NCBI GenBank assembly: GCA_964622035.1 | Contig: CAZUPF010000004.1 | Location: forward strand, 9,635-23,658 | Length of the DNA stretch: 14,024 bases | Direction of reading: 5' to 3' | DNA from: an uncultured Candidatus Saccharibacteria bacterium | GTDB taxonomy: Bacteria > Patescibacteriota > WWE3 > JAUXAW01 > JAYEID01 | In this document: piece after piece, positions 7,167 through 13,163 of the stretch | How the letters are laid out: every line of letters starts with the position of its first letter | How positions within the stretch are numbered: position 1 is the stretch's first letter | Position numbers and translations under genes: made by a program | Notes under the pieces: generated by a model | The model's database searches: none | Told to the model about the DNA's origin: nothing | What the model saw: the letters and a program-made list of their open reading frames with translations, nothing else

Positions 7167-7886
7167 ATGGCAGGAGAAGAAAGTATGGAAGGTCGGGCGG
7201 CGGGTGCCACAATGACGGCTCGGGAAGAGCGGTCCGAAGAGCGTACTGTTGACCGCCTTGCGCGACAAGTCAAAAGCCTCAAAAACCGGTTCGACCGGGT
7301 CGCCAAGGCGGCCAAAAGACGGGAAGAGGATTTCGGTACTGTCCGCTCACAATCCGCACAGGTCTCGAAACTCCGCGAGGAGGTGCGAGAGCTAACGCAG
7401 ACTGTGCAAGGGACTAAACGCCAGCTGGATGGACTGGTGCGGGAAAACGGGCGCCTCAGGACGCGAGTCAAGCGCCTCGAATCCCGCCGGCCGGATACAA
7501 CGCCCGCCCCACGCGAGGAGGTTCGCCCGCTGAGGGTGGTGGAGCAAGCCCCCACAAGGCGACCCAAACGGGATCCCGGCAGAACCTTCGGACAGGCGGC
7601 GGGCCGCGTTCCAACGGAACAAGAGATTCGGGATATAGCCCGGCGCGAGGCTCAAGAAGCTCTCGCTGGACGCAATATCGCCGATCTCATCGCCGAAGTC
7701 CAACCGGGTCTGGGCGCCAAGATTCAAAAGCTCAGCCCCTTACTCAGGAAGCTGGGCATCGACCTTGATGCCGGCGAGATGGTGACCGCGGTCATCGATG
7801 CTATTCTGGACCGGATCGACCTTGACCAGATCATCAGGGAGGTCGTCTCCAAGCTCCAAAGCAGATCCAGGAACAGCAGATACTAG
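7167..7886 (+). CDS. Arg/Glu-rich coiled-coil hypothetical protein co-transcribed with flotillin (239 aa; no TM segment).
   Basis: SD AAGGAGG 9 nt upstream of the ATG. N-terminal ~100 aa is heptad-like and charged (RLARQVKSLKNRFDRVAKAAKRREE...LREEVRELTQTV...LVRENGRLRTRVKRLESRR), followed by a Pro/Arg linker and a C-terminal helical region (IDLDAGEMVTAVIDAILDRIDLDQIIREVV). Followed by a strong intrinsic terminator. Confidence 0.8.
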   Translation: MAGEESMEGRAAGATMTAREERSEERTVDRLARQVKSLKNRFDRVAKAAKRREEDFGTVRSQSAQVSKLREEVRELTQTVQGTKRQLDGLVRENGRLRTRVKRLESRRPDTTPAPREEVRPLRVVEQAPTRRPKRDPGRTFGQAAGRVPTEQEIRDIARREAQEALAGRNIADLIAEVQPGLGAKIQKLSPLLRKLGIDLDAGEMVTAVIDAILDRIDLDQIIREVVSKLQSRSRNSRY

Positions 7887-7900
7887 TACCACGCTACAAA

Positions 7901-7952
7901 GCACGGAGTGCGGTTGCAGATGCAACCAACCGCACCCGTGCTTCTTTTTTTT
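7901..7952 (+). terminator. Rho-independent terminator ending the flotillin operon.
   Basis: Stem 7901-7906/7936-7941 (gcacgg/ccgtgc) plus 7908-7916/7927-7935 (gtgcggttg/caaccgcac), about 15 bp with one bulge, followed by TTCTTTTTTTT (7942-7952). Confidence 0.75.
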
Positions 7953-7962
7953 CCCAGCCAAC

Positions 7963-7991
7963 TTGACAAACCCCACCTCGTTCTTAATAAT
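7963..7991 (+). promoter_or_regulatory. Putative promoter for the DUF4349-like gene (TTGACA-17-AATAAT).
   Basis: TTGACA at 7963-7968, AATAAT at 7986-7991. ATG at 8004 without a clear SD. Confidence 0.4.
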
Positions 7992-8003
7992 ATAGTCAGT
8001 AAG

Positions 8004-8906
8004 ATGAATAAATACCTCAAATACACTCTCTTGTTCGCCCTCTTCGTTATTGCTGTTTTTATAATTAAAGCGCTGCTGGGGCTTGGCCAGACGCCACTGC
8101 CCTCCCGTTCCTCGCAAGGAATTCTCCCCGATACCCTCGTTTCCGAGAGTATTCCCACGGTCGGCGGGGGAGAGGAAGCTAAACTAGCTAGCGCCGAGGA
8201 ACCAGAGACAGCTGCCGGCGGCAGCATCTCCGAACGCCTGGTGATCAAGACAGCCACACTCTCTTTACTGGTCAAAAACACCGCGGCGGCCGTCGAAAAG
8301 GTCAAGGAGGCCGCAACCCAACTGAGCGGGTTTGTGCTCTCCTCCCGCACCTATTTCACCGATGCCAAAAAAGAGCACCTGGTCGGCGAGGTCACCATCA
8401 AAGTTCCTCAGGAAAAATTTAGCGAGGCGGTAAAACTACTCAAAGAACAAGCGTTAAAGGTTGAAAGCGAATCCATTCAGGGCCGAGATGTTACCGAAGA
8501 ATACACGGATCTAGAGAGCCGCCTCCGTAACCTCGAGGCCGCGGAAACGCAGCTTCTAAAACTGATAGAACGCTCCGGAGAAGTGTCCGATATCCTGGAA
8601 GTTCAACGCGAGATCACGCGCGTCCGCGAGGGAATCGAATTAATCAAAGGGCGGATGAAGTACCTTACCGAGTCTGCCCAAATGTCCACCATCACCGCGT
8701 ATATTGCCACCGAAGAATCCGAACTCCCCATTGTTGAGGAAGGCTGGCGCCCACTGGCCGTTGCCAAAAAAGCGCTCCGGAGCACCGTCGCCTTTTGGCA
8801 AAGTATTGGTTCGGCCCTAATTTGGATGGCCGTCTTCGGTGCCCCTCTGGCCCTACTCGTAGTGCTCCTCCGTCTCCTCCGACGGCGCCAAACACCGACC
8901 TCGTAG
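8004..8906 (+). CDS. DUF4349-like bitopic membrane protein (N-terminal signal-anchor, central coiled-coil, C-terminal TM).
   Basis: The ORF track starts at 7908, but the promoter/terminator layout and the N-terminal hydrophobic segment favour the ATG at 8004 (MNKYLKYTLLFALFVIAVFIIKALLG). Coiled-coil LESRLRNLEAAETQLLKLIERSGEVSDILEVQREITRVREGIELIKGRMKYLTESAQMSTITAYI matches the conserved DUF4349 core as I recall it. C-terminal TM IGSALIWMAVFGAPLALLVVLLRLL. 300 aa. Confidence 0.7.
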   Translation: MNKYLKYTLLFALFVIAVFIIKALLGLGQTPLPSRSSQGILPDTLVSESIPTVGGGEEAKLASAEEPETAAGGSISERLVIKTATLSLLVKNTAAAVEKVKEAATQLSGFVLSSRTYFTDAKKEHLVGEVTIKVPQEKFSEAVKLLKEQALKVESESIQGRDVTEEYTDLESRLRNLEAAETQLLKLIERSGEVSDILEVQREITRVREGIELIKGRMKYLTESAQMSTITAYIATEESELPIVEEGWRPLAVAKKALRSTVAFWQSIGSALIWMAVFGAPLALLVVLLRLLRRRQTPTS

Positions 8907-8945
8907 TCTTTACGAACTCCAACCACACCCACCGCCATCTCCCGA

Positions 8946-8974
8946 TTGACAAATAAAAACTTTTTGGCTATTCT
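8946..8974 (+). promoter_or_regulatory. Putative promoter for the zinc-ribbon gene (TTGACA-17-TATTCT).
   Basis: TTGACA at 8946-8951, TATTCT at 8969-8974. SD GAGGAGG at 9013-9019. Confidence 0.35.
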
Positions 8975-9027
8975 CCCGCCACACACGCTTATTACCCAAG
9001 GCAAACTCTCGAGAGGAGGTGATGGGA

Positions 9028-9225
9028 ATGGCCACATACGAATGTTCTGAGTGCGGCTACGAGCAAGAGCAGCCGGGGCGCTGTCCCGAGTGTGACATCG
9101 ATCTCGAAGCCCAGAAAACCGAGGAAGTCGTCGATGGTGGGGAGCTGGCTGGGACTGACGAGGTAGTTAAGGAGGAAGGGGAAGAGGAAACGACCGCGGG
9201 CGACCAAGAAGAAACGGTGCTTTGA
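9028..9225 (+). CDS. Small zinc-ribbon protein (CxxC-x9-CxxC) with a strongly acidic C-terminal tail, 65 aa.
   Basis: MATYECSECGYEQEQPGRCPECD... followed by an E/D-rich tail. SD GAGGAGG 8 nt upstream of ATG 9028. The ORF-track GTG at 9019 and the ATG at 9022 are too close to the SD. Own promoter and terminator. Confidence 0.7.
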   Translation: MATYECSECGYEQEQPGRCPECDIDLEAQKTEEVVDGGELAGTDEVVKEEGEEETTAGDQEETVL

Positions 9226-9275
9226 AAAAAGTAAACAAAACCCCTAGAACTTTTCAAGACTGGGGGTTTTGTTTT
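9225..9275. terminator. Bidirectional intrinsic terminator between the convergent zinc-ribbon gene (+) and the 171-aa gene (-).
   Basis: Stem 9233-9244 (aaacaaaacccc) pairs with 9263-9274 (ggggttttgttt), ~18-nt loop. T-run on the plus strand (ttttgtttt) and an A6 run (9225-9230) giving a U-run for the minus-strand transcript. Confidence 0.65.
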
Positions 9276-9353
9276 GGGAAAAAGAGATCCCAAGTACCCC
9301 AACTTGCGGGATACCTGGGAAGAACGGGCCAAAGCCCCCCGAAAAACTGAGCC

Positions 9354-9869
9354 TCACTCGGCCACCGGAAGAGCCGCGCAAGGACTTTCCAAGAGCGTAA
9401 GGGCGCAATTGCGAATTCTAGACCAGACCTCCTCAACCAAACAGTGCTCAGGCTGCCAATCGGGGTTGCGCACAACATCCACCAGAAACTCTCTCCAGAG
9501 CGGGTGGATGTTTAGACGACGAGACCGCCCCAGCACCTTCTCAATATCCCGCAAAGCAGCCGGGGCATGGTGCGCCAAACCCCTGCCCAGCACCAGTTCC
9601 AGGACAGCCTCAATAATCCTCCCGTTCAGCAGATCCGCAGGGCTAGCTACCCTCCTAGCATAAGCCAAGAGACGCGGCCACAGGTCACCCACGGCCGCAT
9701 AAAGCTCAGCCTCGCGCACCGGATCTTCGGTCAGAAGATCTTCCCAGTTCTCGGCACCAGCTCCATCCAGCCTCGTTTGCACAGTCCATTGAGCCGTACG
9801 CCCGTGTCTCGACCCGAGCGCCAAAGCAACACTCTCCCTGTTAATGGGGTGAAGCGTCCTGCTCGTCAT
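9354..9869 (-). CDS. Hypothetical protein, 171 aa, GC-rich orphan gene with its own promoter and terminator.
   Basis: Strong minus-strand SD (GAGGAGGAGAAGGAT then ATG). No TM segments. No family recognised (contains ...LLNGRIIEAVLELVLGRGLAHHAPAALRDIEKVLG...). Confidence 0.7.
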   Translation of the reverse strand: MTSRTLHPINRESVALALGSRHGRTAQWTVQTRLDGAGAENWEDLLTEDPVREAELYAAVGDLWPRLLAYARRVASPADLLNGRIIEAVLELVLGRGLAHHAPAALRDIEKVLGRSRRLNIHPLWREFLVDVVRNPDWQPEHCLVEEVWSRIRNCALTLLESPCAALPVAE

Positions 9870-9924
9870 ATCCTTCTCCTCCTCTTCTTTGAACTATCAA
9901 TCCAGCTTCAAAACCAGCACGGAT

Positions 9925-9953
9925 AGTCTATCACCACCCGATAACTTTTACAA
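9925..9953 (-). promoter_or_regulatory. Putative minus-strand promoter for the 171-aa gene (TTGTAA-17-TGaTAGACT).
   Basis: -35 is the reverse complement of 9948-9953. The -10 TAGACT is the reverse complement of 9925-9930, with TG at -15/-14. ~50-nt leader with SD. Confidence 0.35.
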
Positions 9954-9983
9954 CTAGGCCTAGGCTTTTTCGAAATCCCGCAA

Positions 9984-10012
9984 TTGAAAAAACCATTAGG
10001 CCGTGCTAGAAT
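9984..10012 (+). promoter_or_regulatory. Promoter for tig: TTGAAA-17-(TGc)TAGAAT, with the ATG only 7 nt after the -10 (leaderless).
   Basis: TTGAAA at 9984-9989, TG at 10004-10005, TAGAAT at 10007-10012, ATG at 10020. No SD. Confidence 0.55.
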
Positions 10013-10019
10013 CCATATC

Positions 10020-10904
10020 ATGAAAACAGAGTTAGAAAGGCTTTCCAATTCGGAAGTTAAAGTAACCGTCACCGTTCCGACAGAAAAAGTTGACGAGGCT
10101 TTCCAAAAAGCATTGACCGAGATCGCCGAAAATACCGAGCTGAAAGGTTTCCGCAAGGGAAAGGCCCCCCTCGGGGAAGTGGAAAAACAGCTAGACCAGG
10201 GAGAACTTAACGGGCGCGTGGTTAATCTACTGATTCCCGAGGCCTACACCGCCGCGATAAAAAAAGAGAATCTAAAACCAATTGCCGATCCGCGAATTGA
10301 AATCAAGAAATTCGCCCGTGGTAACGAATTCGTTTTTGAAGTACGAACAGCAGAAATGCCGGAGGTTGCGCTGGGAGATTGGCGGGGAGCCCTAAAAGGT
10401 CTCGCCGGGAAGGCCCAGATCGCCACCGCGGCCACAATCACTGACGCTAAAAACAAGGCTGAGGAAAAGGGTAACCAGAAAAAGGTTAATCTCCCCAAGC
10501 TCCTGGAGGCGCTCACCAACACAGCCAAAGTAGAACTTCCAGGGATCCTGGTAGAAGATGAGGTTTCCCGAATGCTCACCAGACTCAATGACCGCCTGGC
10601 CACCCTTGGACTTTCGCCGCAAGAATACCTAAAAAACCGCGGGCAGTCCAAAGAGGGGCTGCAGCAGGAGAGTGCCCAAGAAGCCAAGAAGTTACTGAAA
10701 ACTGAGTTTGTTCTCGCCAAACTAGCCGAGGAGCTGAGCATCGAAATCAAAGAAGAGGAAATAGCCGAGGCCATTGAGGCTACACCCGATGAGGCCGCGA
10801 AAAAGTCCTTAAACACCCCAGAAAGCCGAGCCTACATAAAGGCCATAATCCGCAAGAACAAAACCGTCGAAGAGTTGCTCAAAATTACGGGGTCCTCACG
10901 CTAA
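10020..10904 (+). CDS. tig: Trigger factor (ribosome-associated chaperone), short form lacking the central FKBP-type PPIase domain (294 aa).
   Basis: N-terminal ribosome-binding domain with the TF signature GFRKGKAPL ([20 protein letters not shown]...). C-terminal arm domain ([27 protein letters not shown]...). No FKBP-like segment between them. The ORF track begins at an upstream in-frame TTG (9984); the ATG at 10020 fits the promoter. Followed 1 nt later by clpP (conserved tig-clpP synteny). Confidence 0.85.
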   Translation: MKTELERLSNSEVKVTVTVPTEKVDEAFQKALTEIAENTELKGFRKGKAPLGEVEKQLDQGELNGRVVNLLIPEAYTAAIKKENLKPIADPRIEIKKFARGNEFVFEVRTAEMPEVALGDWRGALKGLAGKAQIATAATITDAKNKAEEKGNQKKVNLPKLLEALTNTAKVELPGILVEDEVSRMLTRLNDRLATLGLSPQEYLKNRGQSKEGLQQESAQEAKKLLKTEFVLAKLAEELSIEIKEEEIAEAIEATPDEAAKKSLNTPESRAYIKAIIRKNKTVEELLKITGSSR

Positions 10905-10905
10905 T

Positions 10906-11475
10906 ATGTATGTACCCCTCGTCATCGAGCAGTCCGGCCGCGGCGACCGCGCCTACGATATCTACTCCCGTCTGCTGAAAGAGCGTATTATTTTTGTTGC
11001 GGGACCGATCAGCGACCTCTCTGCCAACACGATCATCGCTCAGCTGCTTTACCTGCAGAGCGAAGATCCCAAAAAAGAGATCAAGCTGTACATCAATTCC
11101 CCCGGCGGTTCGGCCTACGCCGGCCTGGCTATCTACGACACTATGCAACAGCTAGGTCCAGACATCCAAACAATGGCTATCGGCATCGTAGCTTCGGCGG
11201 CTACCCTGCTCCTGTCCTCGGGAACCAAAGGCAAGCGGGTGTCACTACCAAATGCCGTCATCCACATTCACCAACCACTCGGCCAGACCCAGGGCCAAGC
11301 CACTGATATTGAGATTGATGCCAAGGAGATTCTCCGCCTCAAGGATCTTTTTGCGAAAAAGCTGGCCAAGCACACTGGCCAAACAAGCAAAAGGGTCCTC
11401 AACGACTCCGACCGCGACTTCTACATGACAGCACCACAAGCCAAGAAGTATGGCATAATTGACAAGGTAATTTAG
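10906..11475 (+). CDS. clpP: ATP-dependent Clp protease proteolytic subunit ClpP.
   Basis: [14 protein letters not shown]...LYINSPGG. Catalytic Ser in GIVASAA, His in IHIHQP, Asp in RDFYMTA. TAA-t-ATG coupling with tig. 189 aa. Confidence 0.95.
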   Translation: MYVPLVIEQSGRGDRAYDIYSRLLKERIIFVAGPISDLSANTIIAQLLYLQSEDPKKEIKLYINSPGGSAYAGLAIYDTMQQLGPDIQTMAIGIVASAATLLLSSGTKGKRVSLPNAVIHIHQPLGQTQGQATDIEIDAKEILRLKDLFAKKLAKHTGQTSKRVLNDSDRDFYMTAPQAKKYGIIDKVI

Positions 11476-11551
11476 GGCGGGTAGCTCAGCTGGTTAGAGC
11501 GTCACGTTGACATCGTGAAGGTCGTAGGTTCGACTCCTATCCCGCCCACCA
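11475..11551 (+). tRNA. tRNA-Val (anticodon GAC) with encoded CCA; 5' end overlaps the last base of the clpP stop codon.
   Basis: Cloverleaf: acceptor GGGCGGG/CCCGCCC, D-arm GCTCAGCTGGTTAGAGC, anticodon stem CACG/CGTG with loop TTGACAT (GAC at 11509-11511), T-arm GTAGGTTCGACTCCTAT, discriminator A then CCA. Very similar to canonical bacterial tRNA-Val(GAC). Confidence 0.9.
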
Positions 11552-11560
11552 CCCCCCCCC
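11552..11560 (+). repeat. Homopolymeric C9 tract immediately 3' of the tRNA and 8 nt upstream of the TG of the next promoter's extended -10.
   Basis: accccccccc at 11551-11560; the flanking context is cccgcccaccaCCCCCCCCCtcgttagTGcTAGAAT. Confidence 0.9.
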
Positions 11561-11567
11561 TCGTTAG

Positions 11568-11576
11568 TGCTAGAAT
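11568..11576 (+). promoter_or_regulatory. Extended -10 element TGcTAGAAT, 6 nt upstream of the DHH-family gene ATG (leaderless).
   Basis: GTGCTAGAATC is an 11-mer identical to the one upstream of tig. No SD, and no -35 (a poly-C sits there instead). Confidence 0.45.
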
Positions 11577-11582
11577 CTATTC

Positions 11583-12518
11583 ATGATCGCCGTCACTGCT
11601 AAAACCCCGCTCGATATTGATGGTTACGCTTGCACCTTCGCCTACACGGAGCTTCTAAATAAAACCGGTCGGGAGGCGATCGGTGTCGCCCTGGGCGAGC
11701 CCCACCGCGAGATTGATTTTCTCAACCAAGAATTTGATATCTCCCCTCTCCCCAGGAACACCGCGCGCTTGCTCAGCCAGACCGAACAAATCGCTCTGGT
11801 AGATACCAGCAGCCTGGCAGGGCTACCGGAAAACTTCGCGGCTGATAAAGTAATTGAGGTTATTGACCACCGCGAGGCCCCCGATGTGGCCGGTATTTTC
11901 CCCAACGCCCGAATCCAAATTGAAAAAATCGGGGCGGCGGCAACGCTCATTGCCGAAAAGTTTCGGGAAAGTGGTACCACAATCAGCCGCGAAGCGGCGA
12001 TTCTCCTCCACAGCACTATCGCCCTACACACCCACAACTTCCAGACAAGCAACACTTCGCCCAGAGACAAAGCGGCCTACCGGTGGCTAGCCGAAGTAGC
12101 AGCTGTGCCCCCGAACCTGGTCCAAAAAATCCTCAAGCTAAAGTCTGAGTTCAATGATGAGTCCTTCCAGGAGGCTATCATCGGCGATATCAAAGAGGGT
12201 ACTATGAACGGAAAAAGGCTGGCTATCGCCCAACTGGAGGTTGTCGGCTTACGCAAAATACTAACGGAAAGAAAGGCCCAACTTCTGAAAATCCTACAAG
12301 AACTGCAACAAGCGCACCGCTACGACTACCTCTTTCTGATTGCAAACGACTTCAGCGCGAGGACCACCACCCTCGTTACGGAACACGAACCAACGCGACA
12401 ACTTGTGGAAGAGGCGCTCAACGATGGGACACGGTTTGACGACGAGGGCTTCGCCGAGAGAAGGGGAGTGCTCCTCCGAAAAGAAATTATTCCCCGGCTG
12501 CGTAAAGAACTAAGCTAA
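11583..12518 (+). CDS. DHH/DHHA2-family phosphoesterase, homologous to family-II (Mn-dependent) inorganic pyrophosphatase but with substituted active-site residues.
   Basis: 311 aa. N-terminal DHH domain with DID (13/15), LVD, VIDH. C-terminal DHHA2 with the conserved GVLLRKEIIP (the R-K substrate-binding pair). Relative to the canonical PpaC motifs the first His appears as Lys (AKTPLDID vs GHQNPDTD), DHH as DHR, and the ISD Asp apparently as His, by eye alignment from memory. Confidence 0.75.
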   Translation: MIAVTAKTPLDIDGYACTFAYTELLNKTGREAIGVALGEPHREIDFLNQEFDISPLPRNTARLLSQTEQIALVDTSSLAGLPENFAADKVIEVIDHREAPDVAGIFPNARIQIEKIGAAATLIAEKFRESGTTISREAAILLHSTIALHTHNFQTSNTSPRDKAAYRWLAEVAAVPPNLVQKILKLKSEFNDESFQEAIIGDIKEGTMNGKRLAIAQLEVVGLRKILTERKAQLLKILQELQQAHRYDYLFLIANDFSARTTTLVTEHEPTRQLVEEALNDGTRFDDEGFAERRGVLLRKEIIPRLRKELS

Positions 12519-12550
12519 AGATTAAGAGCAACACCACAATCAGAATCCGC

Positions 12551-12593
12551 AAAAAAAATAACCCGAGAAGAGAGGTTTTCCCCTCATCTCGGG
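12551..12593 (-). terminator. Intrinsic terminator for the minus-strand 132-aa gene (hairpin plus U-run on the minus transcript).
   Basis: Arms 12562-12575 and 12580-12593 (12 of 14 pairs), loop tttt. A8 run at 12551-12558 on the plus strand, which is a U-run after the stem on the minus transcript. Confidence 0.55.
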
Positions 12594-12617
12594 CGCAAGC
12601 GGGCAGAGCACTGCTAC

Positions 12618-13016
12618 TTACTTGGTCATCTCCGGTGCATCCAGGTAAAAACGGTCGGCAACCGCCCCAACTAGGGTCGCAAAAAGGGGCGCCCTGATGC
12701 TGACGGTAACGCCCTTTCCCGACGGTAGTGTCAAACACCAGAACCCCGGTCTCCAGGAAATGTTGACTGGCGGCCCTAGCAGATTCGCTCCCGGAACCCC
12801 CCACTCCGCTTCGCAAGCCTCATCACTACCTGCCCAGACCCGTTTGACGGCACTGAGAAACGCTTTGGCCGAGTCGTCGGTAAAGAAATGCTCCAGCAGT
12901 ATCCTCCCCGAACCGCCGGGCCTCGCCACGACCTTAAGCACGTAATCTTCCTTGGACGTTTCAAGTAGCTCCACAATGGCCGCAAAAGAAGCCCGAGCAC
13001 TAAACTGCAAACTCAT
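12618..13016 (-). CDS. Hypothetical protein, 132 aa.
   Basis: Strong minus-strand SD (AGGAGAAAGGAGAG before the ATG). Terminator downstream. No family recognised (…YVLKVVARPGGSGRILLEHFFTDDSAKAFLSAVKRVW…). Confidence 0.65.
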   Translation of the reverse strand: MSLQFSARASFAAIVELLETSKEDYVLKVVARPGGSGRILLEHFFTDDSAKAFLSAVKRVWAGSDEACEAEWGVPGANLLGPPVNISWRPGFWCLTLPSGKGVTVSIRAPLFATLVGAVADRFYLDAPEMTK

Positions 13017-13099
13017 TCCAGCTCTCCTTTCTCCTAATACCTACCGCGGACAGAACAATCTTCGGAAACTATAACACAACAGGCGCCATTAAACAAATC

Positions 13100-13130
13100 T
13101 TGCTCCCGAGCGCGCCCTTTATGCTACAAT
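13100..13130 (+). promoter_or_regulatory. Putative promoter TTGCTC-19-(TGc)TACAAT for the downstream membrane-protein gene.
   Basis: TTGCTC at 13100-13105, TG at 13122-13123, TACAAT at 13125-13130. Followed by ATGAGGAGG with the SD, and a 6-codon mini-ORF (13141-13161) ending 2 nt before the ATG at 13164. Confidence 0.35.
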
Positions 13131-13163
13131 CAACTCAAGCATGAGGAGGGGACTGTTCTGAAG

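Noticed and set aside
9274-9926. Plus-strand ORFs (9274-9663, 9567-9926) overlapping the minus-strand 171-aa gene.
   Set aside because: The minus-strand gene has a strong SD, promoter and terminator. The plus-strand frames lack start signals and are Arg/Ser/Pro-rich antisense artefacts.
9954-9963. Perfect 10-bp palindrome CTAGGCCTAG between the divergent tig and 171-aa-gene promoters (possible operator).
   Set aside because: About one in 1024 positions is a perfect 10-bp palindrome by chance, so roughly 14 are expected in a 14-kb window. It does not stand out statistically and has no partner half-sites.
10244-10816. 190-aa minus-strand ORF antisense to tig (and 10392-10622 and 10885-11148 on the minus strand).
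   Set aside because: It overlaps confidently assigned tig/clpP coding sequence on the opposite strand, with no start signals and a low-complexity translation.
12487-12816. 109-aa minus-strand ORF overlapping the 3' end of the DHH gene and the 132-aa gene in another frame.
   Set aside because: It spans a terminator hairpin and overlaps two better-supported genes, with no SD.
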